From Thainema sp. (GTDB taxonomy: Bacteria; Cyanobacteriota; Cyanobacteriia; Phormidesmidales; Phormidesmidaceae), in assembly GCA_052168235.1 (NCBI GenBank), contig JBQLZK010000012.1, forward strand, positions 32,001 through 96,000: a stretch of 64,000 bases of DNA. The letters run 5' to 3'. The position numbers and the translations under genes are program-made. Under the pieces are notes generated by a model. That model was given only the letters and a program-made list of their open reading frames with translations. It did not search any database and was not told where the DNA came from. Shown here one piece after another: positions 49,968-58,694 of the stretch. How positions within the stretch are numbered: the stretch's first letter is position 1; the number at the start of each line of letters is the position of its first letter.

Positions 49968-51410
49968 ATGGATTTTTTGTCAGATAGCATTGTGCTGTCG
50001 CGGATGCAGTTTGCGATGACAGCCATTTTCCACATGCTCTGGCCTGTGTTGACCACTGGTTTAGGCATTTATCTAGTTGTCATTGAGGCTATATGGCTGA
50101 AAACGCGCAATCCTGATTATTACTATCACGCCCGCTTTTGGTCAAAGCTCTATATTTTGAATTTTGGCATCGGCGTGGCCACAGGCATTCCGATGGAGTT
50201 TCAGTTCGGCACCAACTGGGCCCCCTTTTCAGAAGCCGTGGGCAACTTCTTTGGTAGCATCATCGGCTTTGAGGCGTCCTTTGCCTTCATGCTGGAGGCC
50301 GCGTTCCTGGGCATCATGGTGTTTGGCTGGGAGCGCGTCAATCCCGTTATTCACTTCTTGGCGACGATTCTGGTGGCCTTTGGTGCCAATCTGTCTACGT
50401 TCTGGATTTTGACTGCCAACTCTTGGATGCAGACACCCGCCGGAGGCGAATTTGTTGACGGCAAATTCATCGTTAGCGATTATTTTCAGGCAATTTTGAA
50501 TCCGTTCATGGCCGTGAGCATTTCCCACATGTTCCTGGCCACGCTGGAAACCTCGCTGTTTGTGATTGGCGGCATCAGCGCCTGGTACATCATCAATCGG
50601 CGCAATCCAGCGTTCTTCCAGAAAGCCTTCAAGATTGTGCTGGTGGTTGCGATTGTCGTTGCTCCTTTGCAGATATACGTGGGACACCTGAGTGGCGAGC
50701 AGGTCTATCGTGAGCAGCCGACCAAGATGGCCGCTATGGAAGCGCTTTGGGAAACTGTGCCTGCCGGAGGCCCTGCCGACTGGAGTTTGGTTGCATTACC
50801 GAATACCCAAACCGAGCGCAACGACTGGGAAATCAAAATTCCCAATGCTCTGGGCTATATCCTGGAACTGAAATCCGATTTGTCAGAACCCGTGCAGGGG
50901 TTGAAAGAGTATCCACCCGAAGATCGACCCAGCATGGTGGGACTGGTCTACTACTCGTTTCGGATCATGATTGCCATTGGCTTCTTCTTGGCCGGACTGA
51001 TGGGATTAACCTTACTTCAGTGGCTGCGAGGCAAATTATCAGCAGATGCGATCGCAGATCAGCGCTGGCTGATGCGAGCTTGGATTTTCTCAGCACCGCT
51101 GGGATATATCGCCGTGGAATCTGGCTGGATCGTTCGCTGTGTGGGACGGCAACCCTGGGTTGTTTACGGTGAAATTCGCACCGTAGACGCGGTCTCAAAC
51201 CTGCCACCTGCTGATATCTTGGGTTCGCTGACGGGCTTCGCTGCCGCCTACACCATTTTGTTTATTGCCGCCCTCTACTTCGGCAGCCGCATCATCCGCC
51301 GTGGCCCCAGGCTCGATCTACCCATTCCCGGTATCGAAACTAAACCCGCCGTCAATACCGAACCCGCCGAATTTGTTCCCGACGAACGCCCCGTCGAAGC
51401 CAAGCAATAG
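49968..51410 (+). CDS. cydA: Cytochrome bd-type quinol oxidase subunit I
   Basis: AIFHML, MEFQFGTNW, ANSWMQTPAG, QPTKMAAMEA, FRIM, GRQPW. Confidence 0.95.
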   Translation: MDFLSDSIVLSRMQFAMTAIFHMLWPVLTTGLGIYLVVIEAIWLKTRNPDYYYHARFWSKLYILNFGIGVATGIPMEFQFGTNWAPFSEAVGNFFGSIIGFEASFAFMLEAAFLGIMVFGWERVNPVIHFLATILVAFGANLSTFWILTANSWMQTPAGGEFVDGKFIVSDYFQAILNPFMAVSISHMFLATLETSLFVIGGISAWYIINRRNPAFFQKAFKIVLVVAIVVAPLQIYVGHLSGEQVYREQPTKMAAMEALWETVPAGGPADWSLVALPNTQTERNDWEIKIPNALGYILELKSDLSEPVQGLKEYPPEDRPSMVGLVYYSFRIMIAIGFFLAGLMGLTLLQWLRGKLSADAIADQRWLMRAWIFSAPLGYIAVESGWIVRCVGRQPWVVYGEIRTVDAVSNLPPADILGSLTGFAAAYTILFIAALYFGSRIIRRGPRLDLPIPGIETKPAVNTEPAEFVPDERPVEAKQ

Positions 51411-51429
51411 CAATTATCTATTCCTATCC

Positions 51430-52446
51430 ATGAACACATTGACCTACTTCCTGCCCCAGGTTTGGTTTGGCATTCTGGCGTTATTCCTCTTCCTCTATGT
51501 CATGCTGGATGGCTTTGATCTGGGTGTAGGTATCCTCTCACTCACGTCATCCTCCGAAGAACGCCGGGGTTTGCTCATGACCAGCCTCAGCAACATTTGG
51601 GACGCAAACGAAACTTGGCTAGTCTTAATGGGAGGTGCTCTGTTTGGCGCGTTTCCCTTGGCGTATGGCACCATTCTCAACGCGCTATATATCCCCGTTT
51701 TGCTGATGATCTTTGGATTTATCTTTCGGGGAGTCGCCTTTGAGTTTCGAGAACAGTCAAACCGTAAGCTGTTTTGGAACTATTCATTTGGGATTGGCAG
51801 CTTGCTGGCCGCGACTGGACAAGGTTTTGCGCTAGGGGGAGTATTAGCGGGAATTCCGGTTGATGAAAGCGGCCATTTTATCGGCAACACGCTGGAGTGT
51901 TTCAACCTGCCGTCTGTGCTAGTGACGCTGACGCTGATTCAAGGCTATGTGCTGATTGGTTCCACCTACCTCGTGTGGAAAACGGAAGGCGAACTGCAAG
52001 AGACCCACTACAAAACGGCTCGCATTGCAGCAATCACGACCTTAGCAGGCGCGATTTTAATTACGATCGCAACTCCAATTTTTTATGAATATGCCCGCAC
52101 TCGCCTGTTCCAAGCGCCGCAGGTTTATATCTTTGCAGCCATTCCTATCTTGGGCGTATTGCTGATCACGCTGCTGCTCAGAAGTCTGAACAAAAAGCAG
52201 GAACGCTGGCCATTTGTCTGGACGATCTTGCTGTTTGTGCTGACGTTTCTGGGCCTAGCACTGGTAGTGTTTCCCTATATCATTCCGACGCAAATCACCA
52301 TTTACGAAGCCGCTGCCGATCCGAGTGCGCTGGTGTTTATGCTGATTTTCATTGGTGGTCTGATTCCGATCATGCTGTTCTACAACGTTTATCAATACAT
52401 CGTCTTTCGCGGCAAAGTCACCACGGATGTCTATGGTGGCGAATAA
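51430..52446 (+). CDS. cydB: Cytochrome bd-type quinol oxidase subunit II
   Basis: LDGFDLGVG, WDANETWLV, FRGVAFEFR. Confidence 0.95.
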   Translation: MNTLTYFLPQVWFGILALFLFLYVMLDGFDLGVGILSLTSSSEERRGLLMTSLSNIWDANETWLVLMGGALFGAFPLAYGTILNALYIPVLLMIFGFIFRGVAFEFREQSNRKLFWNYSFGIGSLLAATGQGFALGGVLAGIPVDESGHFIGNTLECFNLPSVLVTLTLIQGYVLIGSTYLVWKTEGELQETHYKTARIAAITTLAGAILITIATPIFYEYARTRLFQAPQVYIFAAIPILGVLLITLLLRSLNKKQERWPFVWTILLFVLTFLGLALVVFPYIIPTQITIYEAAADPSALVFMLIFIGGLIPIMLFYNVYQYIVFRGKVTTDVYGGE

Positions 52447-52464
52447 GTGAATAGGGCAATAAAG

Positions 52465-52503
52465 GTCAGCTTGTGCCGCTGCATCGCAGCGGCACAAGCT
52501 GAC
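52465..52503. repeat. Perfect 18-bp-arm palindrome (ATC loop) after cydB
   Basis: GTCAGCTTGTGCCGCTGC-atc-GCAGCGGCACAAGCTGAC; no U-tract. Confidence 0.85.
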
Positions 52504-52597
52504 TCCAAGTTTTCGGGTGAGCCGCAACTATAGGAAAATGTAGGGAGCAAAACTAAAATCGTCGCGTCTGTGAACCTATTGCGTCAAAGAAAAGACC

Positions 52598-53833
52598 ATG
52601 AAACAGCAGTGGACACCAAACTGGATGAAGCGGTATTCAAAGCCCCTTTCCCTAGTGCTTTTAGCGTTAGCAGGAACAGCAGCACAATCATTTACTAACT
52701 TGCCCCAATCGTCCTACTCTCAATCGCGATCTCACCTTCCCATCGCTACAGATCAAATCCTAGTCAGCCAGGTGCCAGCCGGAGGACGCACGGGCCTCAT
52801 TCAGGCAACAACGGGCAGCAGCTTTATTGCCGATGCTGTTGAACAAGTTGGCCCCGCCGTTGTCCGAATCAACGCCTCTCGCACCGTTGAAACGCAGGTG
52901 CCCTCTGTCTTTCGCGATCCCTTTTTCCGCCGCTTCTTTGGCGAGATTCCCGACATTCCCTCAACGCGGGTCGAACGGGGTACAGGCTCAGGTTTCATCA
53001 TTGATCGTGATGGCTTGATTCTGACCAATGCTCACGTGGTTGAAGGTGCAACCGATGTGACCGTGACGTTGAAAGATGGGCGCGAGCTACAGGGACGTGT
53101 GTTGGGCCGCGATCCGCTGACCGATGTGGCTGTGGTTCGGGTGGAAGAAGGCAATCTGCCCGTTGTTAACCTGGGCGATTCGAATCAGCTTCGACCTGGA
53201 GAATGGGCGATCGCAATTGGCAATCCACTGGGCTTGGACAACACCGTAACCGCAGGCATCATCAGCGCCACGGGTCGCAGCAGTTCCCAAGTCCGTATTC
53301 CCGACAAGCGAATTGACTTTATCCAAACCGATGCGGCGATTAATCCGGGAAATTCCGGTGGCCCGTTGCTGAATGAGCGGGGTGAAGTAATCGGCATGAA
53401 CACCGCAATCATCGGCGGTGCCCAAGGTCTCGGTTTTGCGATTCCTATCAACGAAGCGCGAGAAATTGCTGACCAGCTGATTGCTACGGGTTCTGTTCAG
53501 CACCCCTATATCGGCATTCGGATGCAAACGCTAACGCCGGAACTGCGCGACGCCATCAACCGTGATCCTCGCTTTAACCTCCGAGTACAAGATGATGCGG
53601 GCGTAATTGTGATTGCTATCGTTGAAGGCTCTCCCGCTGCCAAAGCAGGACTGCGCCCCGGTGACGTAATTCGACAAATTAACGAGCGTGACATTGCTCG
53701 CGCTGAAGACGTACAGTCACTGGTGGAACAGTCTTCCATTGGCGACACGCTCCAGCTTGAACTGCGACGCAATGGTCAAAATGTGACTGCGTCGATCCGC
53801 CCAGAGGCGCTGCCGGAGCAGTTGTTGAACTAG
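52598..53833 (+). CDS. HtrA/HhoA/HhoB (Deg) serine protease with PDZ domain
   Basis: [47 protein letters not shown]. Confidence 0.93.
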   Translation: MKQQWTPNWMKRYSKPLSLVLLALAGTAAQSFTNLPQSSYSQSRSHLPIATDQILVSQVPAGGRTGLIQATTGSSFIADAVEQVGPAVVRINASRTVETQVPSVFRDPFFRRFFGEIPDIPSTRVERGTGSGFIIDRDGLILTNAHVVEGATDVTVTLKDGRELQGRVLGRDPLTDVAVVRVEEGNLPVVNLGDSNQLRPGEWAIAIGNPLGLDNTVTAGIISATGRSSSQVRIPDKRIDFIQTDAAINPGNSGGPLLNERGEVIGMNTAIIGGAQGLGFAIPINEAREIADQLIATGSVQHPYIGIRMQTLTPELRDAINRDPRFNLRVQDDAGVIVIAIVEGSPAAKAGLRPGDVIRQINERDIARAEDVQSLVEQSSIGDTLQLELRRNGQNVTASIRPEALPEQLLN

Positions 53834-53933
53834 CGCTCCTTCAGGATTATTTCTCTTCTCCTCTGGATAGACCGAGTAGGGGAGCGAGGGGACAAGGGAG
53901 AGCGCGCGGGTGTCATTAGTGGCTGAAGTGGAT

Positions 53934-53986
53934 AAACGTTTGAACGTTCAAAACGTTTCAACGTTCAAACGTTTCAACGCTTTCAA
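53934..53986. repeat. AACGTT(C/T)(A/C/G) short tandem repeat between convergent genes
   Basis: aaacgtttgaacgttcaaaacgtttcaacgttcaaacgtttcaacgctttcaaa. Confidence 0.75.
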
Positions 53987-54015
53987 ATTCCCTAATGTCT
54001 TAACCGATGTGGTTG

Positions 54016-54618
54016 CTATATCGTGGTGTTGGTCTGTTTGCGTGAACTGAGATCGCACCTGATCCGCCGCCAGCCCCATAATCCTGCCAGTGCGATCGCA
54101 CTGTAGGCTAGCTCAACTCGAATAAATTCTAGATGTCCCCAGTAGAGCAGTCCTTCTGAATGATGCACGGATGGAAAAAGGGGTTGAGCGGCTTGAAAAT
54201 ATTGATCTGAAAACGGCTGCAAGAGCTGCATACCGGGGCCGCCTGCCGTGAAGTAGTCCAGCAGTAAATGGCTACCGTACACCATTAGCGTCAGGCCACA
54301 GCTCATCATCGCAATTCTCATCAAACGATGACGATTGAGCCGATAACCTATCTGGAAACCAACAAAAAACAGTAAACCTGCGATCGCACTGACGACCAGC
54401 ATCGCCATCAAACTATGGCTAATGCCGCGATGCTTCCCCAGGCCAATCATCTGCCCTAGGAAATCTAGATCTGCTAAATTGCCGACCAACACACCGTACA
54501 GTCCTAGCAATCGGGCCGAAGCTGAGCGAGTGAAGGGCGATACTGCTTGAACGATACGCGGCGGCAGTAAACTTGCGCAAATATAACCTGCAACAGAATG
54601 TGCGATCGGAGAGGGCAT
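54016..54618 (-). CDS. YdjM-like membrane metal-dependent hydrolase
   Basis: MPSPIAH, LADLD, HRGISHS, SHLLLD, GMQLLQPF. Confidence 0.85.
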   Translation of the reverse strand: MPSPIAHSVAGYICASLLPPRIVQAVSPFTRSASARLLGLYGVLVGNLADLDFLGQMIGLGKHRGISHSLMAMLVVSAIAGLLFFVGFQIGYRLNRHRLMRIAMMSCGLTLMVYGSHLLLDYFTAGGPGMQLLQPFSDQYFQAAQPLFPSVHHSEGLLYWGHLEFIRVELAYSAIALAGLWGWRRIRCDLSSRKQTNTTI

Positions 54619-54649
54619 AGTGGCTCAAAATCTAAACAAGTTAATCGTG

Positions 54650-54724
54650 TTTAAACCAAATCCAGGTTGAAAAGTAGAGTTTTCCCTCAGGGAAAACTCT
54701 ACTTTTCAACCCTGTTGGGGTTTA
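54650..54724 (+). mobile_element. 75-bp palindromic dispersed repeat, family A copy 2
   Basis: Same as 30509-30583 apart from a compensatory C-G to T-A pair in the stem. Confidence 0.9.
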
Positions 54725-55070
54725 GAGTCCTGTTTTTGTAATAACTGAATAATGTTGATACTGCTACTCTTCTGTTGCTCCACTCCAGATACAGGGGAAC
54801 ACTGAAACCATCTTATTTGGAGCAAATTCTTGCGTCCAAAATGCCTGTTTTGGGGTTTAATTGCAACCTTGCAAAATTAAGTCTTCATATTTATCTGTGC
54901 ATTGCTGCTAAAGCATAAACTTTGGGACAAGAAGCCGGAACGCTGTGCAGATAGCTGTATTACTGCACAGTGCCAGGGAAGTCTAGTAATTAGGATAACC
55001 AATCAGGTTAGTGTCTACGTCACGTTAAACCACCGCACTCCGCTCACTCTCACCATGTCACCTTCGGCTC

Positions 55071-55856
55071 ATGAATCTTTTAGACGATACAGCGGTTCGA
55101 CAAGTTGCCATTCCAGGAATTTTGGGTGGGCTTGGCCCCCTTGCCCATATTGAATTTGAGCGACGTCTGCTGTCGGAAAGCACCAGACGAGGGGCGCGCT
55201 GCGATCAAGACCATCCCACTTGGCTACTCGTTAATGCCACGGCTATCCCCGATCGCAGTCGCAGCATTGCTGGAAAAGTTGAAGATTGTACGCCTTGGCT
55301 TGTGAGATATGGTCAGCTGCTGGAATCAGCGGGTGTGAGTTTTCTAATTGTGCCCTGTAATACGGCCCACGCCTTCTACGACCGAGTCCAGCCACAGCTC
55401 AACATTCCCTGGATTCACCTGATGACCTGTACATCGAAACACATTGTGGAGACTTATCCGACTGCGCAGCGGATTGGTGTCCTGGCTACCGACGGCACCT
55501 TGAAAACCGGCTTATACAGCAGAAGTTTAGCCCGTGCAGGTCTAATTCCCATCATGCCTGCACTCGATTCGGACATTCAGCAGAAAATTATGCAGGTTAT
55601 TTATGACCCAAATTGGGGAATTAAAGCATCAGGAACTTGGATTTCTGATCAAGTCCTAACTCTTCTGGAGGACATCTCAGGCTGGTATGCCAAGCAAGGA
55701 GCCGATTTGCTGATTGCTGGCTGCACTGAGCTATCCGTTGGTTTCGCTCGTGCTCAAAACTTGGCCGTACCGTGGGTTGATCCACTGGATGCGGCTTCCA
55801 AAATCACGCTGGATTTGGCATTTGGTCTGCGTCACATCCATTCGTTTGCCGCTTAG
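55071..55856 (+). CDS. Aspartate/glutamate racemase (cofactor-independent)
   Basis: GILGGLGPLA, DQDH, IPDR, both catalytic cysteines (VPCNTAH, AGCTEL), GVLATDGT. Confidence 0.92.
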   Translation: MNLLDDTAVRQVAIPGILGGLGPLAHIEFERRLLSESTRRGARCDQDHPTWLLVNATAIPDRSRSIAGKVEDCTPWLVRYGQLLESAGVSFLIVPCNTAHAFYDRVQPQLNIPWIHLMTCTSKHIVETYPTAQRIGVLATDGTLKTGLYSRSLARAGLIPIMPALDSDIQQKIMQVIYDPNWGIKASGTWISDQVLTLLEDISGWYAKQGADLLIAGCTELSVGFARAQNLAVPWVDPLDAASKITLDLAFGLRHIHSFAA

Positions 55857-55866
55857 GAGAAACTCA

Positions 55867-57198
55867 ATGTTCAAAAAGACAAGGCAATCCGCCCACAAAA
55901 CCTTGCTGAGGTTAGGACTACTGACGGTGGTTGGGCTATTCATCGTTGGGTTCTCCCAACTGATCCCGCTGAAGGCTGTGGCGACGACCAGCCCATCTGC
56001 GCCAGCGGTGGAAATGACAGTGGCGCAAGCTCCAACTAATAACGTGACCGATAGCGTGACCGACAGCGCGATGGGCAGCACGGATGATACCAATGCGCCT
56101 CAACAAACGCTACGGGTCGGCAGCCGGGGTGAAGCGGTTAAACAACTGCAAACTAAGCTCCAGCAGCTAGGCTATTTTGCTGGCACTGTTGATGGTGTCT
56201 ACGGCAACGCAACTCGTCAGGCTGTTCTAGAATTTCAGACGGCAACTGGTCTGTCAGGTGACGGCATAGCTGGAGCTGAAACTGTTGCTCAGTTACAGAC
56301 GGCCTCTCCTAAACCAACCCGTGAGCCGGAGGCAAGTAATACGGAAGTTGAAATTGCGATCGCAACCTCAACAAACTCAACTTCAAACCCAGCACCTGCC
56401 GCAGTTCCAACTCGTGCAGAAGATACAGCCTTGATGCCACCGGATCTCCAGCGGATTCTCGACCGGGGCAAACTAATTGTGGCGGTTTTAAATGAAGACA
56501 ATCCACCCTTCTTCATGGCTGGCGAGAGCGACGCACTGGATGGTTCTGATATTCAACTGGCCCGCGATATCGCTCAACAGCTTGGCATAGACGTGGAATT
56601 TCAGCGCGGCGCACAAACCTTCAATGAAGTCGCCGATACGGTTTACCAACGCGACGCCGACATGGCAATCTCGAAACTCAGCCGCACCATGCAGCGGGCG
56701 CAGCGAGTTCGATTTTCACGCCCCTATCTCAACATGCGCCACGGTCTGCTGGTCAATCGGCTGCAAATGGCTCAGCAAGCGAAAGGCCGCAGCATGACCG
56801 AGGTGATTCGCAATTTGGAAGGTCGTGTCGGCGTGATTGAAGGCTCGTCCTATGTTGGCTTTACCAAACAGAAGTTCCCCAAAGCCGAAGTCGTCGAATA
56901 CCCATCCTGGCCCGCTGTCGTAGAAGCCGTTACCCAAGGTGATATTTTGCTGGCCTACCGTGATGAGCTAGAGGTGAAGAAAATCGTTCGCAGTCAGCCC
57001 GACGCCGCCCTGAACTTTCAAACTGTGGCTTTAACTGACACCAACGATTTTATTGCGATCGCAGTTCCTTGGGAAAGTACTCACCTTCTTGCCTTTGTTG
57101 ATCAGTACCTCGAAACCTCTAGCACCACCTATACCGCAGATTCCCTGCTAGAGCAGTATTCAGTCTATTTTCAACCCAAACCCGCTGAAGAATCGTGA
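55867..57198 (+). CDS. Exported fusion of a peptidoglycan-binding domain and a polar amino-acid substrate-binding protein
   Basis: AGGAGA RBS; signal/TM; PG_binding_1 (LRVGSRGEAVKQLQ...VDGVYGNATRQAVLEFQ...DGIAG); SBP (RILDRGKL, PPF, FSRPY, GVIEGSSY). Confidence 0.88.
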   Translation: MFKKTRQSAHKTLLRLGLLTVVGLFIVGFSQLIPLKAVATTSPSAPAVEMTVAQAPTNNVTDSVTDSAMGSTDDTNAPQQTLRVGSRGEAVKQLQTKLQQLGYFAGTVDGVYGNATRQAVLEFQTATGLSGDGIAGAETVAQLQTASPKPTREPEASNTEVEIAIATSTNSTSNPAPAAVPTRAEDTALMPPDLQRILDRGKLIVAVLNEDNPPFFMAGESDALDGSDIQLARDIAQQLGIDVEFQRGAQTFNEVADTVYQRDADMAISKLSRTMQRAQRVRFSRPYLNMRHGLLVNRLQMAQQAKGRSMTEVIRNLEGRVGVIEGSSYVGFTKQKFPKAEVVEYPSWPAVVEAVTQGDILLAYRDELEVKKIVRSQPDAALNFQTVALTDTNDFIAIAVPWESTHLLAFVDQYLETSSTTYTADSLLEQYSVYFQPKPAEES

Positions 57199-57294
57199 GA
57201 CAGAGTGCGAGTGAGTGCTCAGTAAAGTGCTGAGTGCTGAATTCTGAGGTCTGAGTTAAAGAAAATTTCGCCTCACGCCTCACTTTCTTTATAA

Positions 57295-57365
57295 CCCCCT
57301 ACAACCCTCCTACCCATCTACCCATCCCCCCATCCACCCTCCTACTCTCCCACCCTTTCACCCCA
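57295..57365. repeat. C-rich STRR-like tandem repeats inside the racemase cluster
   Basis: ctacccatctacccatcccccatccaccctcctactctcccaccc; GTGCTGA-type repeats just upstream (~57227-57256). Confidence 0.55.
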
Positions 57366-57372
57366 AAACATC

Positions 57373-58662
57373 ATGACTATCGCTAGCCGCTTTAAGCGTC
57401 CGCCCAGCTTCTCGATTCACTGGCTCCGCAGCCCTTGGGCTATTCTCATCAGCGTCATTTTGGGAGTCTACATTGGCACGTCCCATCACGGCATCGCTGA
57501 TCTGATTACACCGATTGGGGAACTGTATCTTGGCATATTGAAAATGTGCGTCATGCCCATCCTGCTGGCCGCTATCACCACCAGTATTGGGCGGCTCATG
57601 GGCACCAGCAATGCCGGACAGTACATCCGCCGCATTTTGATTGTGTTTCCGGTTAGCCTGCTGCTGATCAGTACCTTGTCCCTGGTAATTGCCATGATTA
57701 CTGGGCCGGGTCGCAACTTGTCCGTCTCCACGCTGGAAACGCTGGGAGTGCTGGTCAATAACTCCGGCATCGATATGGAGATCTCCCTAACTGGCCCGAT
57801 TCAAGAGGCAGAAGAAACCTTGGGGCTGACTACCTTCTTTTTGAATATGGTGCCAGAGAATATCTTTACCGCTTTGAGTGAGGGCCAAACGCTAAAGGTA
57901 CTGGTTTTCTCAATTGTTTTTGGCGTTACGCTGGGCTTGATTCAGGAGCCGATTACGCAATCCGTTTTTGACGCCTTGGAAAGCATTTATAAAGCGTTCA
58001 ACCGAATCATTCACTGGATGACCTATCTGCTGCCCTTTGGTTTGTGTAGCTTGTTGGCCCATCAGTTGTCTCAACTGGGCTTGGATGTGATGTTCTCTAT
58101 GCTGAACTTCATCCTGGTTGCGATCGCAACTTTTGCCACCATCTACATCCTCTGCACCCTGATCATCTGGTACCGCGCCAAGGTCTCCCTACTCAAGGTG
58201 CTATCGGTTGTGAAAGAGCCCACAATTCTAGCGCTTGCCACCTCCAGTAGCTTGGCCTGCCTGCCCTCGGCGATTTCCACCCTGCACGAAGAACTGAAGT
58301 TTGAGGCACAGGCAACGAGCTTGGTTACACCTTTGTCGATTACGATTGGCCGCTTTGGGTCGGTGATCTACTTTGTGCTGGCCTCGGTCTTCGTTGCGCA
58401 ACTTTATGATGCGAAATTGGGCTTATCTGGGCTGTTCATTATTATCATTGGTTCTATCTTCGCGGGGATGGCGACCTCTGGCGTCACGGGCATTCTCACC
58501 CTCACCATGATGGGACTGGTGCTCGAACCGCTGAAGCTGCCTCTCGAAGCGGTATTGGTGCTATTCATTGCCATTGACCCCATCATGGATCCCTTCCGCA
58601 CGCTGGGCATCGTTCACACCGGAATGGCAACAACCGCAATGGTGGCTGATTTAGAGTCTTAG
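57373..58662 (+). CDS. Dicarboxylate/amino acid:cation symporter (DAACS) family, non-canonical
   Basis: LKMCVMP, NMVPENIF, ATSSSLACLP, AIDPIMDPFRT; NMDGT motif reads GRFGS. Confidence 0.88.
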   Translation: MTIASRFKRPPSFSIHWLRSPWAILISVILGVYIGTSHHGIADLITPIGELYLGILKMCVMPILLAAITTSIGRLMGTSNAGQYIRRILIVFPVSLLLISTLSLVIAMITGPGRNLSVSTLETLGVLVNNSGIDMEISLTGPIQEAEETLGLTTFFLNMVPENIFTALSEGQTLKVLVFSIVFGVTLGLIQEPITQSVFDALESIYKAFNRIIHWMTYLLPFGLCSLLAHQLSQLGLDVMFSMLNFILVAIATFATIYILCTLIIWYRAKVSLLKVLSVVKEPTILALATSSSLACLPSAISTLHEELKFEAQATSLVTPLSITIGRFGSVIYFVLASVFVAQLYDAKLGLSGLFIIIIGSIFAGMATSGVTGILTLTMMGLVLEPLKLPLEAVLVLFIAIDPIMDPFRTLGIVHTGMATTAMVADLES

Positions 58663-58694
58663 GTTATTCTGTCCCCTTTCTCACGGGTTTTGTT

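Noticed and set aside
53934..53986. Tandem repeats or palindromes as a CRISPR array
   Set aside because: No repeat-spacer periodicity and no cas genes anywhere in the window
55714..55866. Longer start of the SBP ORF overlapping the racemase
   Set aside because: ATG 55867 has an AGGAGA RBS and gives a normal signal sequence
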